Source of the DNA: a virus
Taxonomy: Duplodnaviria; Caudoviricetes
Virus record (IMG/VR): IMGVR_UViG_3300050132_000119
Location: 1-56,544 of that record
Reading direction: 5' to 3' (one strand)
DNA length: 56,544 nucleotides
The notes beneath the pieces were generated by a model. It was not told the DNA's origin, did not search any database, and saw nothing but the letters and a program-made list of their open reading frames with translations. A program made the translations under genes and the position numbers. Shown here one piece after another: positions 27,438 to 37,979 of this stretch; within the stretch, counting starts at the first letter, position 1, and the number at the start of each line of letters is the position of its first letter.

Positions 27438-29395
27438 TCAGTGGATCTTTCATCGCCAAGGGATAGTTTTGTCATGATTTGACCCTGTTCAAAGAATCCC
27501 CCAAGGGTATTTGATACGAATTGCAGTTTCAGAATCCGGGCCTGGTCCACAGTATCCTGGAATGAATTACTCGGACTCAGATTGTAAGAATTCAGCACAA
27601 GATTATCATCCTGAGCAAAAGAGCGACCCAGGACATTGAGAGTAATATCCCCGACCTGATTCAGATCGGGCTCTACCCGCTCCACCCGAGTCATGATGTC
27701 CACGGTCTTGGGCACATCGTCGTAAGGTGAGCCAATTGCAAACCCGATGTTACAGGATGTAAACGAACTCTCGATGGTCGTAGTTTCCTGACCCACGGTC
27801 TTGTCGTATCCATATTCATGCTGATACTGGCATACGAGAGTCTGTGCGACGGGGGTAGATTGGATATTCGCTGTGGCACCCGCGATTCCGGTAATCGTCT
27901 CTCCGCTGACAAATATACCCGTGACGCTCTTGACGCTGATGCTGTTGGTCAGCACCCGAGCGGCAATGCCCGTGGCAGCAGAGGTTCCCCCGGTTACCGT
28001 GTAACCATCCGCAAATGCCGTGGTCATGCTGGTGAAGGACAATACCGCACCTGACGCCACTCCTGTGGTATTGGCGCTCAGAGTGACCGTGGTCCCCGTA
28101 TGGGAGGATACCGTGGTCCCGTTGGGGATACCAGTTGACCCACTAGCCACCATCCCATTCACCACTCCCGTAGTATCGATGAAGGTCAGTACCGCAGAAC
28201 CCGTGAGCGTGGCAGCAGAAGTCGTGAGTCGCAGTCCTGTAGTCAGGAGCATCGTGTCGATGGGGTCTTCATGACCAGCCCATACCGGGAAGCTGAACAC
28301 GCCAGTCGGGGCACCCGCTGTCCGCTTCTTCACGGCATCGTACCAAGTGTTTTCTCGGTAGTTGTAGATGATCGCGTTACCGCACTCGGTGTCCGTTCCC
28401 GCAGGATAGAACCACCAAATCTCGCCCCATCGAGCCACCTTGGTACCCCACACCTTATTCTGGTGAGCATAGTTCAGATTGTCGAAGAAGTAGTTCTGAT
28501 TCATCTGGTTCGGAACCTCTTGAACCACACCCGTATAACACAGGAACCGGTCGGTGCCGGGCCAGTAGAACCTGCCGTCATGCTCCACGACTGCCTTCTT
28601 GCTCAGTATCGTGGTGGGGGAGGCCAGAGTGTCATACTGCCAGATACCAGTACCTCCAATGAAGGACACGCGAATGAGGGAGTCCAGTGCCCAGAACAGA
28701 CCTGCGGGAGCCTGAGCACCCCCTCGAAGGGGGGCACCATAGATAATCTTGGTCCCGGCTACGTTGTTCGATGAGGCGTAGTTTCCCCCGCCTGCAGTCC
28801 AACCGGATGCGGTAGAGAAGTCGTTGGCGTTGGTATTTCGGATGAGTCCATTGGAGCCGTACACGAACAGGAAGGGCTGCAGGACACAGAGCCCACCACT
28901 GACGGAAATGGGTCCAGAACCGTCACTAACTTGAACAAGTGGGTCATTTGAGGCAATATTCCCCGCGTAAATGCCTCCACCACTGTCATTAGAAATATTC
29001 ATCACATCGGGAGTGGATGCCGCAATGATCGCAGAATACGCGCCTCCGGTGCTGGAGTACATCGCAGCATGGGACCAGTTCAGGGTTGGATCGGTCGTGA
29101 ATCCTGAAGGGGTCCGGTCCTCGATATTCCCGGATGCCCCGGTACTGTCAAACTGGATTCGCTGGATACCCCATTGGCTGAACAGATGGGTCGAGTTGAT
29201 CCCGGAACGTGAGTCCAGCATCACGGAGCGCACGGGAGCATTGGCGTACCGCGTCATGGCTCGGTAACCACCCATCTTGCGAACCCTACCTCGGTTCCAG
29301 CGCACCCACTCCCCATCCGAGAAGTAGGAGGTGTCCAGGTCCGTACCATCGCGGCGGACACCGGGTTGACTCTTGAACTCGTATAGATCGTCCAT
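27434..29395 (-). CDS. Tail nozzle (P22 gp10 / tubular protein B-like)
   Basis: PGVRRDGT...DGEWVRW..G.VRKMGG; EIWWFYP...YNY.E..W. Confidence 0.75.
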   Translation of the reverse strand: MDDLYEFKSQPGVRRDGTDLDTSYFSDGEWVRWNRGRVRKMGGYRAMTRYANAPVRSVMLDSRSGINSTHLFSQWGIQRIQFDSTGASGNIEDRTPSGFTTDPTLNWSHAAMYSSTGGAYSAIIAASTPDVMNISNDSGGGIYAGNIASNDPLVQVSDGSGPISVSGGLCVLQPFLFVYGSNGLIRNTNANDFSTASGWTAGGGNYASSNNVAGTKIIYGAPLRGGAQAPAGLFWALDSLIRVSFIGGTGIWQYDTLASPTTILSKKAVVEHDGRFYWPGTDRFLCYTGVVQEVPNQMNQNYFFDNLNYAHQNKVWGTKVARWGEIWWFYPAGTDTECGNAIIYNYRENTWYDAVKKRTAGAPTGVFSFPVWAGHEDPIDTMLLTTGLRLTTSAATLTGSAVLTFIDTTGVVNGMVASGSTGIPNGTTVSSHTGTTVTLSANTTGVASGAVLSFTSMTTAFADGYTVTGGTSAATGIAARVLTNSISVKSVTGIFVSGETITGIAGATANIQSTPVAQTLVCQYQHEYGYDKTVGQETTTIESSFTSCNIGFAIGSPYDDVPKTVDIMTRVERVEPDLNQVGDITLNVLGRSFAQDDNLVLNSYNLSPSNSFQDTVDQARILKLQFVSNTLGGFFEQGQIMTKLSLGDERSTE

Positions 29396-30024
29396 TAGGG
29401 CCTTGTGAATACGGTGGTGCGGTCTGCCATGCGCTCAGAGTTCTCGGTCTTGAGGCCACCTGTGGCGGACTGATAAGCATCCTCCCAGGTGGACTGGCGA
29501 GTAGCATTCTTGGTGAACCGACACGCCTCCACCATGCAGGCGGCAAAGAGAGCCTGTGGTGCGTTCAGGGTCAGCCAGTTGCTGTCATTCGCGGCACTCA
29601 GAGGCTGGAGTCGGGCGTAGTAGACCAACTCGAATGTGAATGCTGTAACGGGTGTAGGACCGAACAGGAAGTGCGTGGCGTTGTAGTCCGCATAGAACCT
29701 GGGGTTATCGGACAGGGTGGGGTTGGGCCAGTAGTTTCTCACGTACTCCAGGGGGCGCAGGAACAGAGGTGTACTGGCTCCTGCTGCATTGGTGTAATTG
29801 AAGCTGATCGTCTCTTTCCAGAAGGCGGGTTTCGCCATGCTACTCGATGTGGGCAGAGTCCCGGTCACCACAGACTGGAACCCCTGCTGCTTCATTTCCG
29901 TGGCTAGGCGGTTCTCAGCCAGAGAAATGAATGTGGGTATCTGCGCTGCGAATGCGGTGTCGGTTCTCTCGTTCCACTGCGGTAGGAGAGTCAGAAGCTG
30001 TGTGTAGCTGAAGTCCTGCATCAT
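29395..30024 (-). CDS. Head-tail adaptor (tubular protein A-like)
   Basis: IPTFISLAENRL...PTP....ELVYY...NWLT.NAP. Confidence 0.75.
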   Translation of the reverse strand: MMQDFSYTQLLTLLPQWNERTDTAFAAQIPTFISLAENRLATEMKQQGFQSVVTGTLPTSSSMAKPAFWKETISFNYTNAAGASTPLFLRPLEYVRNYWPNPTLSDNPRFYADYNATHFLFGPTPVTAFTFELVYYARLQPLSAANDSNWLTLNAPQALFAACMVEACRFTKNATRQSTWEDAYQSATGGLKTENSERMADRTTVFTRP

Positions 30025-30524
30025 TCTCTCATTTTGTAGGAGTCTGCCCTACAGGAGATGTAGGCATCGTTAACCCTGTCGGCTTCGCTGGTGAGCTTAA
30101 GGAGTAGCTCAGAAGCTGGTTCTGAAAATACCCCACCGGCTTGGGTGGCGTCTGCTCCACCAGTTTGGGGACCGCTGGCAATTTGACCTTGGGCGCTTCC
30201 ACCACTGCACCCGGTTGCGTTGGGGTCGCGCAGCACCCGAGAAGCATGGAGCTTGTCAGCAAGAATACCGATAGCAGTTTCATTGGTTGCGTCATTTTCA
30301 TTCCTAGTGGTGTTGAAATCGTCCAGTTCCTTCTGCTTGATCTTGATCTCTGCGGTGAGTTTGGCGAGTTTCTCAGCGGCAGCATCATTGTTTTTCTTGA
30401 TCATTGCGATATAGGGTTCTGCGCCCAGGTTGCGCTCATGCTTGGCCCACAACTCGTAACCCAGGGCGCTGGACCCAAGGAGTCCGAGTGCCAGTAGCCA
30501 GGTCCAGGGGTTTAGGAAGCTCAT
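30021..30524 (-). CDS. i-spanin (Rz-like)
   Basis: N-terminal TM, coiled coil, C-terminal Cys; follows the endolysin. Confidence 0.8.
   Translation of the reverse strand: MSFLNPWTWLLALGLLGSSALGYELWAKHERNLGAEPYIAMIKKNNDAAAEKLAKLTAEIKIKQKELDDFNTTRNENDATNETAIGILADKLHASRVLRDPNATGCSGGSAQGQIASGPQTGGADATQAGGVFSEPASELLLKLTSEADRVNDAYISCRADSYKMRE
30029..30283 (-). CDS. o-spanin (Rz1-like) embedded in Rz
   Basis: MKLLSVFLLTSSMLLG-C lipobox, Pro-rich, alternate frame. Confidence 0.75.
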   Translation of the reverse strand: MKLLSVFLLTSSMLLGCCATPTQPGAVVEAPKVKLPAVPKLVEQTPPKPVGYFQNQLLSYSLSSPAKPTGLTMPTSPVGQTPTK

Positions 30525-31048
30525 GACAGCACCTTGATTGCAGCAGCCCACAGCGCAAGACGGTCATCCTGCCCATTCAAGCCACCGTTTATCTTTCTGG
30601 TGATGAACGCAAACGCGCCATCATCGGCCAGGTCGTTGAGTCCGTGACTCTGCCAGAATTGCATAGCTGAACGTACCGCTAAGTCTGGTTCACCCAGGCG
30701 CTCAGGGTTTGCGATGAGGTCCACAGCCAGAGCAGTGGACATAGATTGATAGTTGGCTCGTCCCGTGATCTGGATGAGCCCCCGACCCCGGAACTTACAC
30801 CCGTCCCCGAACTCGGTATTCCCCAGGTCTGCACGACCCTCATATCCGGCTTGTGCGGAAGTCGGTCCCCAGATTTCCACCAGCCAGTGAAGCCCACCAC
30901 TCTCATGACCCACCTGTGCCAGGAACGCAGCCAGGCGTCCGGGCGTGTTGATCTCGAAGTCCGGTGCGTACTGGTCAATGATCGGCTGGAACGTGGTAGC
31001 CCGGTCAATCCGTGCGCCGGTACAGGTCGCCAGTTCCTGCGGTGTCAT
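30521..31048 (-). CDS. GH19 endolysin
   Basis: AAFLAQVGHES, FRGRGLIQITGRANY, ITRKINGGLNG. Confidence 0.95.
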   Translation of the reverse strand: MTPQELATCTGARIDRATTFQPIIDQYAPDFEINTPGRLAAFLAQVGHESGGLHWLVEIWGPTSAQAGYEGRADLGNTEFGDGCKFRGRGLIQITGRANYQSMSTALAVDLIANPERLGEPDLAVRSAMQFWQSHGLNDLADDGAFAFITRKINGGLNGQDDRLALWAAAIKVLS

Positions 31049-31272
31049 GATGGGTCTTTCGGCTTGTCGTCTTGCTGCACGAACTTACCCACCAGACCCA
31101 GGAACAGAATAGCAACCGTGATCTTAGCCACCCACTCACCGACGCTCTTGGGTAGATCGGCCTTAATCTCATCGGGCAGCGTCACCCAGGCACCCTGAGT
31201 CGCGCCTGCGGTGGACAGTGCGATAGTGGAGTAGTGACGCCAGCAGCTTTTGGCATTCTCAACAATCTTCAT
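31045..31272 (-). CDS. Putative holin
   Basis: 75 aa, hydrophobic segments, adjacent to the endolysin. Confidence 0.7.
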   Translation of the reverse strand: MKIVENAKSCWRHYSTIALSTAGATQGAWVTLPDEIKADLPKSVGEWVAKITVAILFLGLVGKFVQQDDKPKDPS

Positions 31273-31556
31273 TTGTGCGCTCCCCTATTCGTGAAGTCCC
31301 GCATGTCCGAGCGAATCTCTTTTAGCATCGCAGTCACCGCTTCAATCTGAGCCTCCTGTTTCGCCATACGCTCGGGCAACAGGTCCACAGCCTTTTGGCG
31401 CACTTCAAGGTTGTCGAGTTTGCTGACAGTCTGTGCCTGGAAACTTGACATCCACCACGTACCCACCAGTGTCTGCACACCAATGGCAACAACCAATGCC
31501 AGAGGTATGGTGGGGTCAATGCGCCAGCGTGCAGTGGTGTCTGCATGGGTCGCCAT
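31269..31556 (-). CDS. TM + coiled-coil lysis-region protein
   Basis: AGGAG RBS before MATHAD; one TM. Confidence 0.65.
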   Translation of the reverse strand: MATHADTTARWRIDPTIPLALVVAIGVQTLVGTWWMSSFQAQTVSKLDNLEVRQKAVDLLPERMAKQEAQIEAVTAMLKEIRSDMRDFTNRGAHK

Positions 31557-31557
31557 A

Positions 31558-31803
31558 TCATTGTTCTCCTGTATAAATCTGTTTCTGACCCAGCCACGAC
31601 TTGTGGCAGTGATTGTCATCCCCGAGTCTGCGGGCAACCCCGTCAATAAGGGATACTGCGACTCTACCGCGCCGTTTACCATTGCGCTTCAAGTCCCATG
31701 CGGCTGAAGATGCACATTCACCGCGCTTCACCTTGCCAAGACAAATGAGTGCGAAGATGAATACATCTGCGGCAATCAGGATCATGAGGGTGCGGGTTTT
31801 CAT
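31558..31803 (-). CDS. Hypothetical protein
   Basis: Coupled to the fibre gene; D...E..SS.A...ID...NHC. Confidence 0.65.
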   Translation of the reverse strand: MKTRTLMILIAADVFIFALICLGKVKRGECASSAAWDLKRNGKRRGRVAVSLIDGVARRLGDDNHCHKSWLGQKQIYTGEQ

Positions 31804-34502
31804 TTGGATTCCAGAGCAGCCAAGCGGCGGCGCAGGTCTTGAAGCTCAGCCACCAAATTAGCAATGACTTCGGCGGAAGATGCCTGCATCGATTGATACT
31901 TCGGAACTGAACGAGTACCCATGACTGCTGGAACTGCTTCAGTCGTATCAGTCGCCGGAACTGCTGGAGTTACCTCGTACTCCCGATCCTCCATCTCATC
32001 CTTGACGCCATTCACGGCATTAGGACAAACCTCTTGGAACTCATGTGCCAGGAAACCTGCATCCTTGCGACCGTCTCTGGTCCATTCCCAAGTGGTAGGT
32101 TTCAGGGCATCGATGAATGCACCAGAACCGGTTAGCGGCTGCTGATTAGCCTTGAGGCGATAGTCCGATGTGGTGTTGTATAGGACCGCTGTGGTGCCGG
32201 ATTGGGTGATGGAGCCGATGCTGCTGCCGTTGTAAAAGTATGTTGCATATTGCGTCCCTGAAGCAGTCCCTGAAGCGTGGCTCACCTGCGCCACCCCGCC
32301 CGCATAAAGAAAATGACCATTGGCATTGGCACCTGCGGCAGTTTGAGCAACTAGCAAATTCCCATTCGCATCCAGCGTCATCGCCTGCGTGAATGTTATC
32401 GGGTTGCCTGCGGTGCCAGAAGGTGCGGTGTTCCAAGTGTGGGTGCCTGCTGTCTGGTTGTAATACGAGGCGCCTGCTGTTACTTTGTAAATAAAGCCTA
32501 TGCCGTTGTTGTAGGCGTTGCCAAGCACAACCGAGTTATTTCCTGAAATAGTAGCCGCAAAGGATGACCCGTTTGCTAGTTCGGTAGCTTTCCAGTTTGA
32601 CCCCCAACCGCTAGGCACCACCCCAAGCCCGAGGTTGCCTGAAGTGTCCACTATTACTTGGTCAGTTGTTCCATTGCTTAGTACAAAATTCGACCCCATC
32701 AACTTCAATGCACGATAAGCATTCATTGCTTGGTTCAAACTTTGAACGAATCCGTAGTTTACGTCTACGTAGGCTTTCATATTGCCGTTCGTTCCATCAC
32801 TCGCACTCAGCGTCGTGAATGCTCCGGCTGCGGGGGTTGTAGCTCCGATGGCGCCAGGAGCTGGGAACACCGTAGCCTGCAGCCACGCCAGAATCGTGGC
32901 CTTCAGGTTAGCCCAGGTCAGCTTCTTCAGCCCAAAGGACGCTGCGCTGTCGGTGATCGGTAGCTCGTCCGCATCTACTGGAGTGGCTTTGGTTGTGGCG
33001 GCGTGAGTCTGCGGTGCAATCGTATTCGTTACATTAGTCGCATCAAGTACCGGAGGCTGCGCGAAACTCACAACCTGAGTAGCCCGATTCACCGTAAACG
33101 CAGTACCCAGAAGAGCCCCAGCATCTGAATACGCATTCAGCGCGAAGTTCGACCCCGCATTAGACCCACCTTCAGCAGTTGCCGATACCTCTTCGGCCCA
33201 TCTGTCCACCCCGGCTGTGCGCCAGCGGGTACTTCCCACATTACCCGCAGGCCGGTCTGCTACCAGCCCCGCAGTACCTCCAGATGAGATAGCCTGTAGC
33301 GCCACAGCACCTGCAGCCGCAGCCTGGTATCCACCTGCGGTGAACTTGCCTGCATAGACTCCGTTATTCGTTACCCCGATCTCATTTGATCCAGTAACAT
33401 AGAACCCTGTGGTCGAAGTACCGAAAGCCGCAGAAGGAGTTGTAACAGATCCGTTACCGAATACGATAGACGAGATACCCCCGGACAAGGAAGTGTTCGC
33501 ATTGATGATGTTCGTGCCGTCACAGAACAGGATAGCCGCTTGACCCTGCACCACCGCCACCGTGGTCCCACCCCCCACGCACCCGAAGGTCAAGGTGTAG
33601 GCACCTGTGGTGGCATTCGATACATAGTAGACCTGAACCACGGCAGGCTGATTCACAATCTGGTTGGAGGTCAGTGTACCCGAGTACTTCTGCACCACGT
33701 TGGATGCTTCCGTCAGGGTCAGGGAAACCGTGCCCCCGGTGACAGTCTTGTTCAGTTGCGTGAAGTTGAACTGTACATTCCGACCCCGGCCCACGGTGTA
33801 CCAGTCAGTGGCACCCATATGGATGAAGCAGGACTCGTTAATCGAGAGTGCAATGGTACCGGAACCATCAATCAGAGATCCACCGGTGGGGGTGACAGTC
33901 AGAATCCCGGAGCCCTGGTTATGCACCTCGATACCGAAGTCCGAGGTGCTTCCTGTCGTGCTCAGTAGAGTCAGGGTTCCTGTTCCCCCGGTCCACACGA
34001 ATACCTTGGACCTGTCGGCCATGGTGACCGTGGTGTTACCGGAGATATTCACCACCACGGCAGCGGTGCTGATCGTGTTGGCTAGAGCCTTGACACCGTA
34101 ACCAGCTAGGGATGCGGCGTCGAGAGTGGAACTGCCGACACCGAATATCGTGGTTCTCCATGTCCCGGCTTGGGTGGAATTGTCGCTCAGGTACAGGTAC
34201 TTAACCTGACCCGCTGCTACTGTGGCGACCACGTTACCTGCGAAGTCAAGAACCGTGAAGCTGTAGGAACTGGGGTTGTCGAATAGAGTGTCCTGACCCG
34301 CAGAGGTCAGAGTGGCATCGGGTAGAGAAACACTGAATCCCCCAGCAGTCGGGGTCACTTTCATGATCCGGGCACACTGGTTGCCCGATGTAGCAAATGC
34401 AGGCCACACGGTCACCAGATTCGCGGACAGGGCTACCGCACGGAATTGCACCTCGGACGGCTGGACCGTAGATCCTCCAAAAACATCTGCGTATCCTGAC
34501 AT
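31800..34502 (-). CDS. Tail fibre with C-terminal peptidase S74 chaperone
   Basis: Gly/Thr-rich beta body; TSDYRLKAN...GFLAHEFQEV.P.AV; terminal coiled coil. Confidence 0.85.
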   Translation of the reverse strand: MSGYADVFGGSTVQPSEVQFRAVALSANLVTVWPAFATSGNQCARIMKVTPTAGGFSVSLPDATLTSAGQDTLFDNPSSYSFTVLDFAGNVVATVAAGQVKYLYLSDNSTQAGTWRTTIFGVGSSTLDAASLAGYGVKALANTISTAAVVVNISGNTTVTMADRSKVFVWTGGTGTLTLLSTTGSTSDFGIEVHNQGSGILTVTPTGGSLIDGSGTIALSINESCFIHMGATDWYTVGRGRNVQFNFTQLNKTVTGGTVSLTLTEASNVVQKYSGTLTSNQIVNQPAVVQVYYVSNATTGAYTLTFGCVGGGTTVAVVQGQAAILFCDGTNIINANTSLSGGISSIVFGNGSVTTPSAAFGTSTTGFYVTGSNEIGVTNNGVYAGKFTAGGYQAAAAGAVALQAISSGGTAGLVADRPAGNVGSTRWRTAGVDRWAEEVSATAEGGSNAGSNFALNAYSDAGALLGTAFTVNRATQVVSFAQPPVLDATNVTNTIAPQTHAATTKATPVDADELPITDSAASFGLKKLTWANLKATILAWLQATVFPAPGAIGATTPAAGAFTTLSASDGTNGNMKAYVDVNYGFVQSLNQAMNAYRALKLMGSNFVLSNGTTDQVIVDTSGNLGLGVVPSGWGSNWKATELANGSSFAATISGNNSVVLGNAYNNGIGFIYKVTAGASYYNQTAGTHTWNTAPSGTAGNPITFTQAMTLDANGNLLVAQTAAGANANGHFLYAGGVAQVSHASGTASGTQYATYFYNGSSIGSITQSGTTAVLYNTTSDYRLKANQQPLTGSGAFIDALKPTTWEWTRDGRKDAGFLAHEFQEVCPNAVNGVKDEMEDREYEVTPAVPATDTTEAVPAVMGTRSVPKYQSMQASSAEVIANLVAELQDLRRRLAALESK

Positions 34503-34525
34503 TTGTAATCCTTCCGATTGCGTGA

Positions 34526-34750
34526 TTATATTAGCGGTTCGTCCGGTCGTGGGTATCTCAGAGTAATATTCTCACTCGCCCTTGCAGGTAATCTCCAAGG
34601 ATCAAGGTCATCCGCGCATTCCGGGCACACCCGTAACCCTGGAGCATTCCGATCTGCAACCAATTTACTATAAGGCTGCTTTGTCTTGCACCTATCGCAT
34701 ACCGCTATGGCCCGAGATGCAAAACTTGAGGTGTCAAGGTAAAGGCTCAT
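34526..34750 (-). CDS. Zn-finger virion-region protein
   Basis: CDRC...CPEC.D.LDP...PRPD. Confidence 0.8.
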   Translation of the reverse strand: MSLYLDTSSFASRAIAVCDRCKTKQPYSKLVADRNAPGLRVCPECADDLDPWRLPARASENITLRYPRPDEPLI

Positions 34751-35757
34751 CGGGTATATCCCGAAATATTCGGACTTATACGAATTGGAGCACCGTCAGA
34801 TTCACTGTCCTCAGCCTGACTCAGATGCTCAGCGGCCTTGGATTCCAGATATTCTAGTCGCCCATCAGGTAATTCACCCGCAGGTAATTCGACTGCGCAG
34901 CGGCAAGCCAGGGTCAGGATAATAGATTCCATCCAGCGTTGAGGAATATCCAGAGTATTCGTCAGAGCCCCCACATCCTGAATATGTCGCTGGGACCAGA
35001 TGACAATCTGATCCGTGGAAACCTGTGATGCAGGCCAGATCCAGATTCTGGGTGCCGTCTGCTTGTCAAACCAGTATTGCAGGCTCTTGGACCCCGCTGG
35101 CACCGAGAATGTCTTATTCGGGAGACTGGCGTAGTCATCATTCGACAACTTAGCCATTGGAATCTCGTAGGGACTGACACTGAAGGTCAGGGCACTCACC
35201 GACGCCAGGGTTCCCGAGGTGTCCCGGACTCGCCAGTATCGGGCAGCAGTCGAGTTATCGGCATCTGTGGATAACCAGCATCCCGCAGCCTTGGCAGTTG
35301 CGAAACTGAATGCCTGAGCCTGGACCCAGAGAATCGAGTCGAGGGAATACTCCATGACTAATGTGGCACTCGTCGCTACGGAAAACTGAATTGCGGTGTT
35401 GTAGACTGCTGCGGTAACCCCCACACCCAGGTCCAGACCCTGCCACCCGGCACCCGAGATGGTGGTGCCCGTCAGGTCCGTCTTTGTCCGGTACAGCGCG
35501 TTCATGATGTCCACGGTACCCTGACGCAGAGGAAATTGGATCTGGTTGGGGTTGATCCCCAGAACCTGTTTCTCCACGCACCAGAGAGACAAACCCCGGT
35601 TCGCCAGATCACTGAGCAGGAAAAACAGATTCTCCCTAGCGGATAACTGCAATTCAGAGGAAATCGTGGAGGCCAGCTTCCCACACCGTCGATATGCGTG
35701 CTCGATAATATTTGTCACATCTGCGACATTATTCCCAACGGTGCCTGAAGTAGCCAT
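34747..35757 (-). CDS. Head-tail connector protein with inserted discoidin-like domain
   Basis: MATSGT...IEHAYRRCG...NRGL.LW; insert EYS.D...W...ARYWRVR. Confidence 0.7.
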   Translation of the reverse strand: MATSGTVGNNVADVTNIIEHAYRRCGKLASTISSELQLSARENLFFLLSDLANRGLSLWCVEKQVLGINPNQIQFPLRQGTVDIMNALYRTKTDLTGTTISGAGWQGLDLGVGVTAAVYNTAIQFSVATSATLVMEYSLDSILWVQAQAFSFATAKAAGCWLSTDADNSTAARYWRVRDTSGTLASVSALTFSVSPYEIPMAKLSNDDYASLPNKTFSVPAGSKSLQYWFDKQTAPRIWIWPASQVSTDQIVIWSQRHIQDVGALTNTLDIPQRWMESIILTLACRCAVELPAGELPDGRLEYLESKAAEHLSQAEDSESDGAPIRISPNISGYTR

Positions 35758-35762
35758 TTAGA

Positions 35763-36407
35763 TTATCCTGTGATCTGCGTTGGCTGAATCACACGCCATG
35801 TCACTGCTGCGCCATTGGTGACCGAGTTGAACAGCAACCGGGCGGCATTGGCACCCACCATTCCAGCAGCGCCTACCGTTGCGGTCTTACCACTGAACGC
35901 TGAGGTGTAGCTACTCCAATCCAGCGTCTCTGGTCGGGTGTTGTAGACATTCTCGAAGGACTCCTGCAACGTGAAGTTGATGGTTCCCGACACATCCACA
36001 TCGTGCGTTGCTGCGACAATCGAGCGCCACTCCAGCGGGAGAGTCTGCGTGAGTGACGGTGCTGCGATACCCACGGATACCACCAGCGCACCCATCGTCG
36101 CTGACGGTTGAATCGTGGTAATGGTTTTGAAGTATCCGGTGCTGGTAACCGTGGCATTGGATGCTGGACCCGTGATACCCGTTTCAGTCTTCGCGTTGCC
36201 ATCGGAGTCCGTACCGACGATGGTGAAGGTGACGCCCGCCAACGTAGCCTGAACCGGGGAGGTGAGCGTCACCTGGTGGGCTAGCAAGTCAGTGGTCGCG
36301 GGAGTCGTTACAGCAGTGGCAGCACCCGTTGAGTTGAAGGTCTGCGCATTGAACGCCGTGGTCAGCGCCGTGACGGGGGAAAATGGGCCAAGTTTGATCG
36401 GACGCAT
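35763..36407 (-). CDS. Virion structural protein
   Basis: Thr-rich beta; FTIVGTD..G...TE.ITGP...FKTIT. Confidence 0.7.
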   Translation of the reverse strand: MRPIKLGPFSPVTALTTAFNAQTFNSTGAATAVTTPATTDLLAHQVTLTSPVQATLAGVTFTIVGTDSDGNAKTETGITGPASNATVTSTGYFKTITTIQPSATMGALVVSVGIAAPSLTQTLPLEWRSIVAATHDVDVSGTINFTLQESFENVYNTRPETLDWSSYTSAFSGKTATVGAAGMVGANAARLLFNSVTNGAAVTWRVIQPTQITG

Positions 36408-36426
36408 TTGATTCTCTCCTTATGTT

Positions 36427-36451
36427 AAAAAGACGCCCCCGAAGGGGCATC
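36427..36451 (-). terminator. Rho-independent terminator
   Basis: GATGCCCC-TTCG-GGGGCGTC-TTTTT. Confidence 0.85.
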
Positions 36452-36458
36452 AGGAGAC

Positions 36459-37193
36459 TCAGATTTGCGTCACACCCGCAGCGCCCGTGCGAGTGGCATT
36501 GGGACCACAAGCAATACCCGGCACTGCAATCGTGAGCACCAGACGCTTGGTGCCGTCAGAGGCACCCGTCGAAGGGGTGAAACAGCCGCGAACGTCCGTG
36601 GTGGACGTAGTTGCCGTAGCCGTGGTGTCAGCCGCAACAAAGGTACCGGCATCATCAGCCAGAGCACCATTCCAGGCAGCATGAACAATATAACCAGCAT
36701 CCGTCACACGGATCGGCAGGCCGAACTTGTCATTGAAGCCGCAGCTAATGTTGGAGCCAGCAGTGGCGGAAGCTGCGATTCGGGTAACCGATTTGAATGC
36801 CTTGGTCGTAGCCACGGTACTTGAACTGGGGGCCGCGACAGCCGAGGACATAGGTTGACCATACTGGTCGTAACCATAGACGATGAAAGTGGCGGTATTG
36901 GCACCGACAGCAGTCACAGTCACGCAGCGCGGGGTATCTAGGACGTAGCGGTTAGCACCCGTGGCGTCTTGGACCAGGGTGACGCCGGTTCCGGCAGTCA
37001 GAGCCAGATCCACAGCGCCCGTGCTTGCAGCGGCGGCGCGTAGACCAGCGACTTGCAGGGTCAGGGGAACAACGTCATGGACATAGATTCGACCCAGAGG
37101 GCCGACACCCATGGGCATCAGGGAAGGATTGGTTGCGTCTGCGCTAGGCAGGACGGCTGTACCGAGATAGAGATCATCGGAAAAATGAGACAT
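36459..37193 (-). CDS. Capsid-associated structural protein
   Basis: FSDDLYLG...GVGPLGRIY; shares G.D..G...FK.VT.I module with 35763. Confidence 0.7.
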   Translation of the reverse strand: MSHFSDDLYLGTAVLPSADATNPSLMPMGVGPLGRIYVHDVVPLTLQVAGLRAAAASTGAVDLALTAGTGVTLVQDATGANRYVLDTPRCVTVTAVGANTATFIVYGYDQYGQPMSSAVAAPSSSTVATTKAFKSVTRIAASATAGSNISCGFNDKFGLPIRVTDAGYIVHAAWNGALADDAGTFVAADTTATATTSTTDVRGCFTPSTGASDGTKRLVLTIAVPGIACGPNATRTGAAGVTQI

Positions 37194-37222
37194 GGTGCTG
37201 CTCCTTGAAAAGTTTGCACGGT

Positions 37223-37909
37223 TTATGAACTACTCTTCTTCAAATACTCTATAGCGCTGAGTAAGGTCGCTATATTATCGCCGAAAAAACCAAGACCACG
37301 GTTGCAATTCGAACACAGGAGTCCTCTGACTTTCTTGCTATCGTGACAATGGTCCACTGCTAAACTGAAAGGTTTTCCATTACTTTGTATTGACCCTTCG
37401 TTACCTTTACATATCGCACAACTATGATCCTGACTATCTAAGATTCTCTCGTAATCGCCCATGGTTATCCCATAGTACCGTTTCATGTCAGCAGACTTCA
37501 CAGAGCGAATGTTATCCGCACGCCATTCCCTTTGATACTTAGCCGCCGATTCTCGATCCACCGGTGTCCCTTTAATCACTTGCCAACACATGTTCTGCTT
37601 GGAATAAGGACCAGTCTTACTGATTCTGACTAATCTTGCACCGGTTTGTCGTTCGATCACATCTTCAACGAATACCCAGAAATCATTCTTCCATTCATCG
37701 CATAAATCCTTCCAATGAAACCTTCGAAGTCCCGACCACGTTGAGTAAAGAGGATGTTTCTCCTTAGAACCCCAATCGGACGGTCTCTTAGTTATAGACG
37801 GATCGCCATATCTCTGCCATCTCTTGTAATGTCTAGCACAAAGATTCTGGGCTACAGATAGCTCACCACAACTCATAACGGAACAAGGGGAACCACTTGG
37901 TAATGACAT
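37223..37909 (-). mobile_element. Free-standing endonuclease VII-type homing endonuclease
   Basis: CAIC...LAVDHCH...VRGLLCSNCNRGLG; N-terminal CxxxxC..C..HY; AT-rich. Confidence 0.9.
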
Positions 37910-37979
37910 ATAGACTCCTTTGAAAAGTCCATCATATCATCATGGTTCCCCCTGTGTCCAGTTATTTACAAGGATGTGT

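Noticed and set aside
30029-30283. Nested ORF in Rz as a novelty
   Set aside because: Ordinary embedded Rz/Rz1 spanin architecture; listed as a feature only
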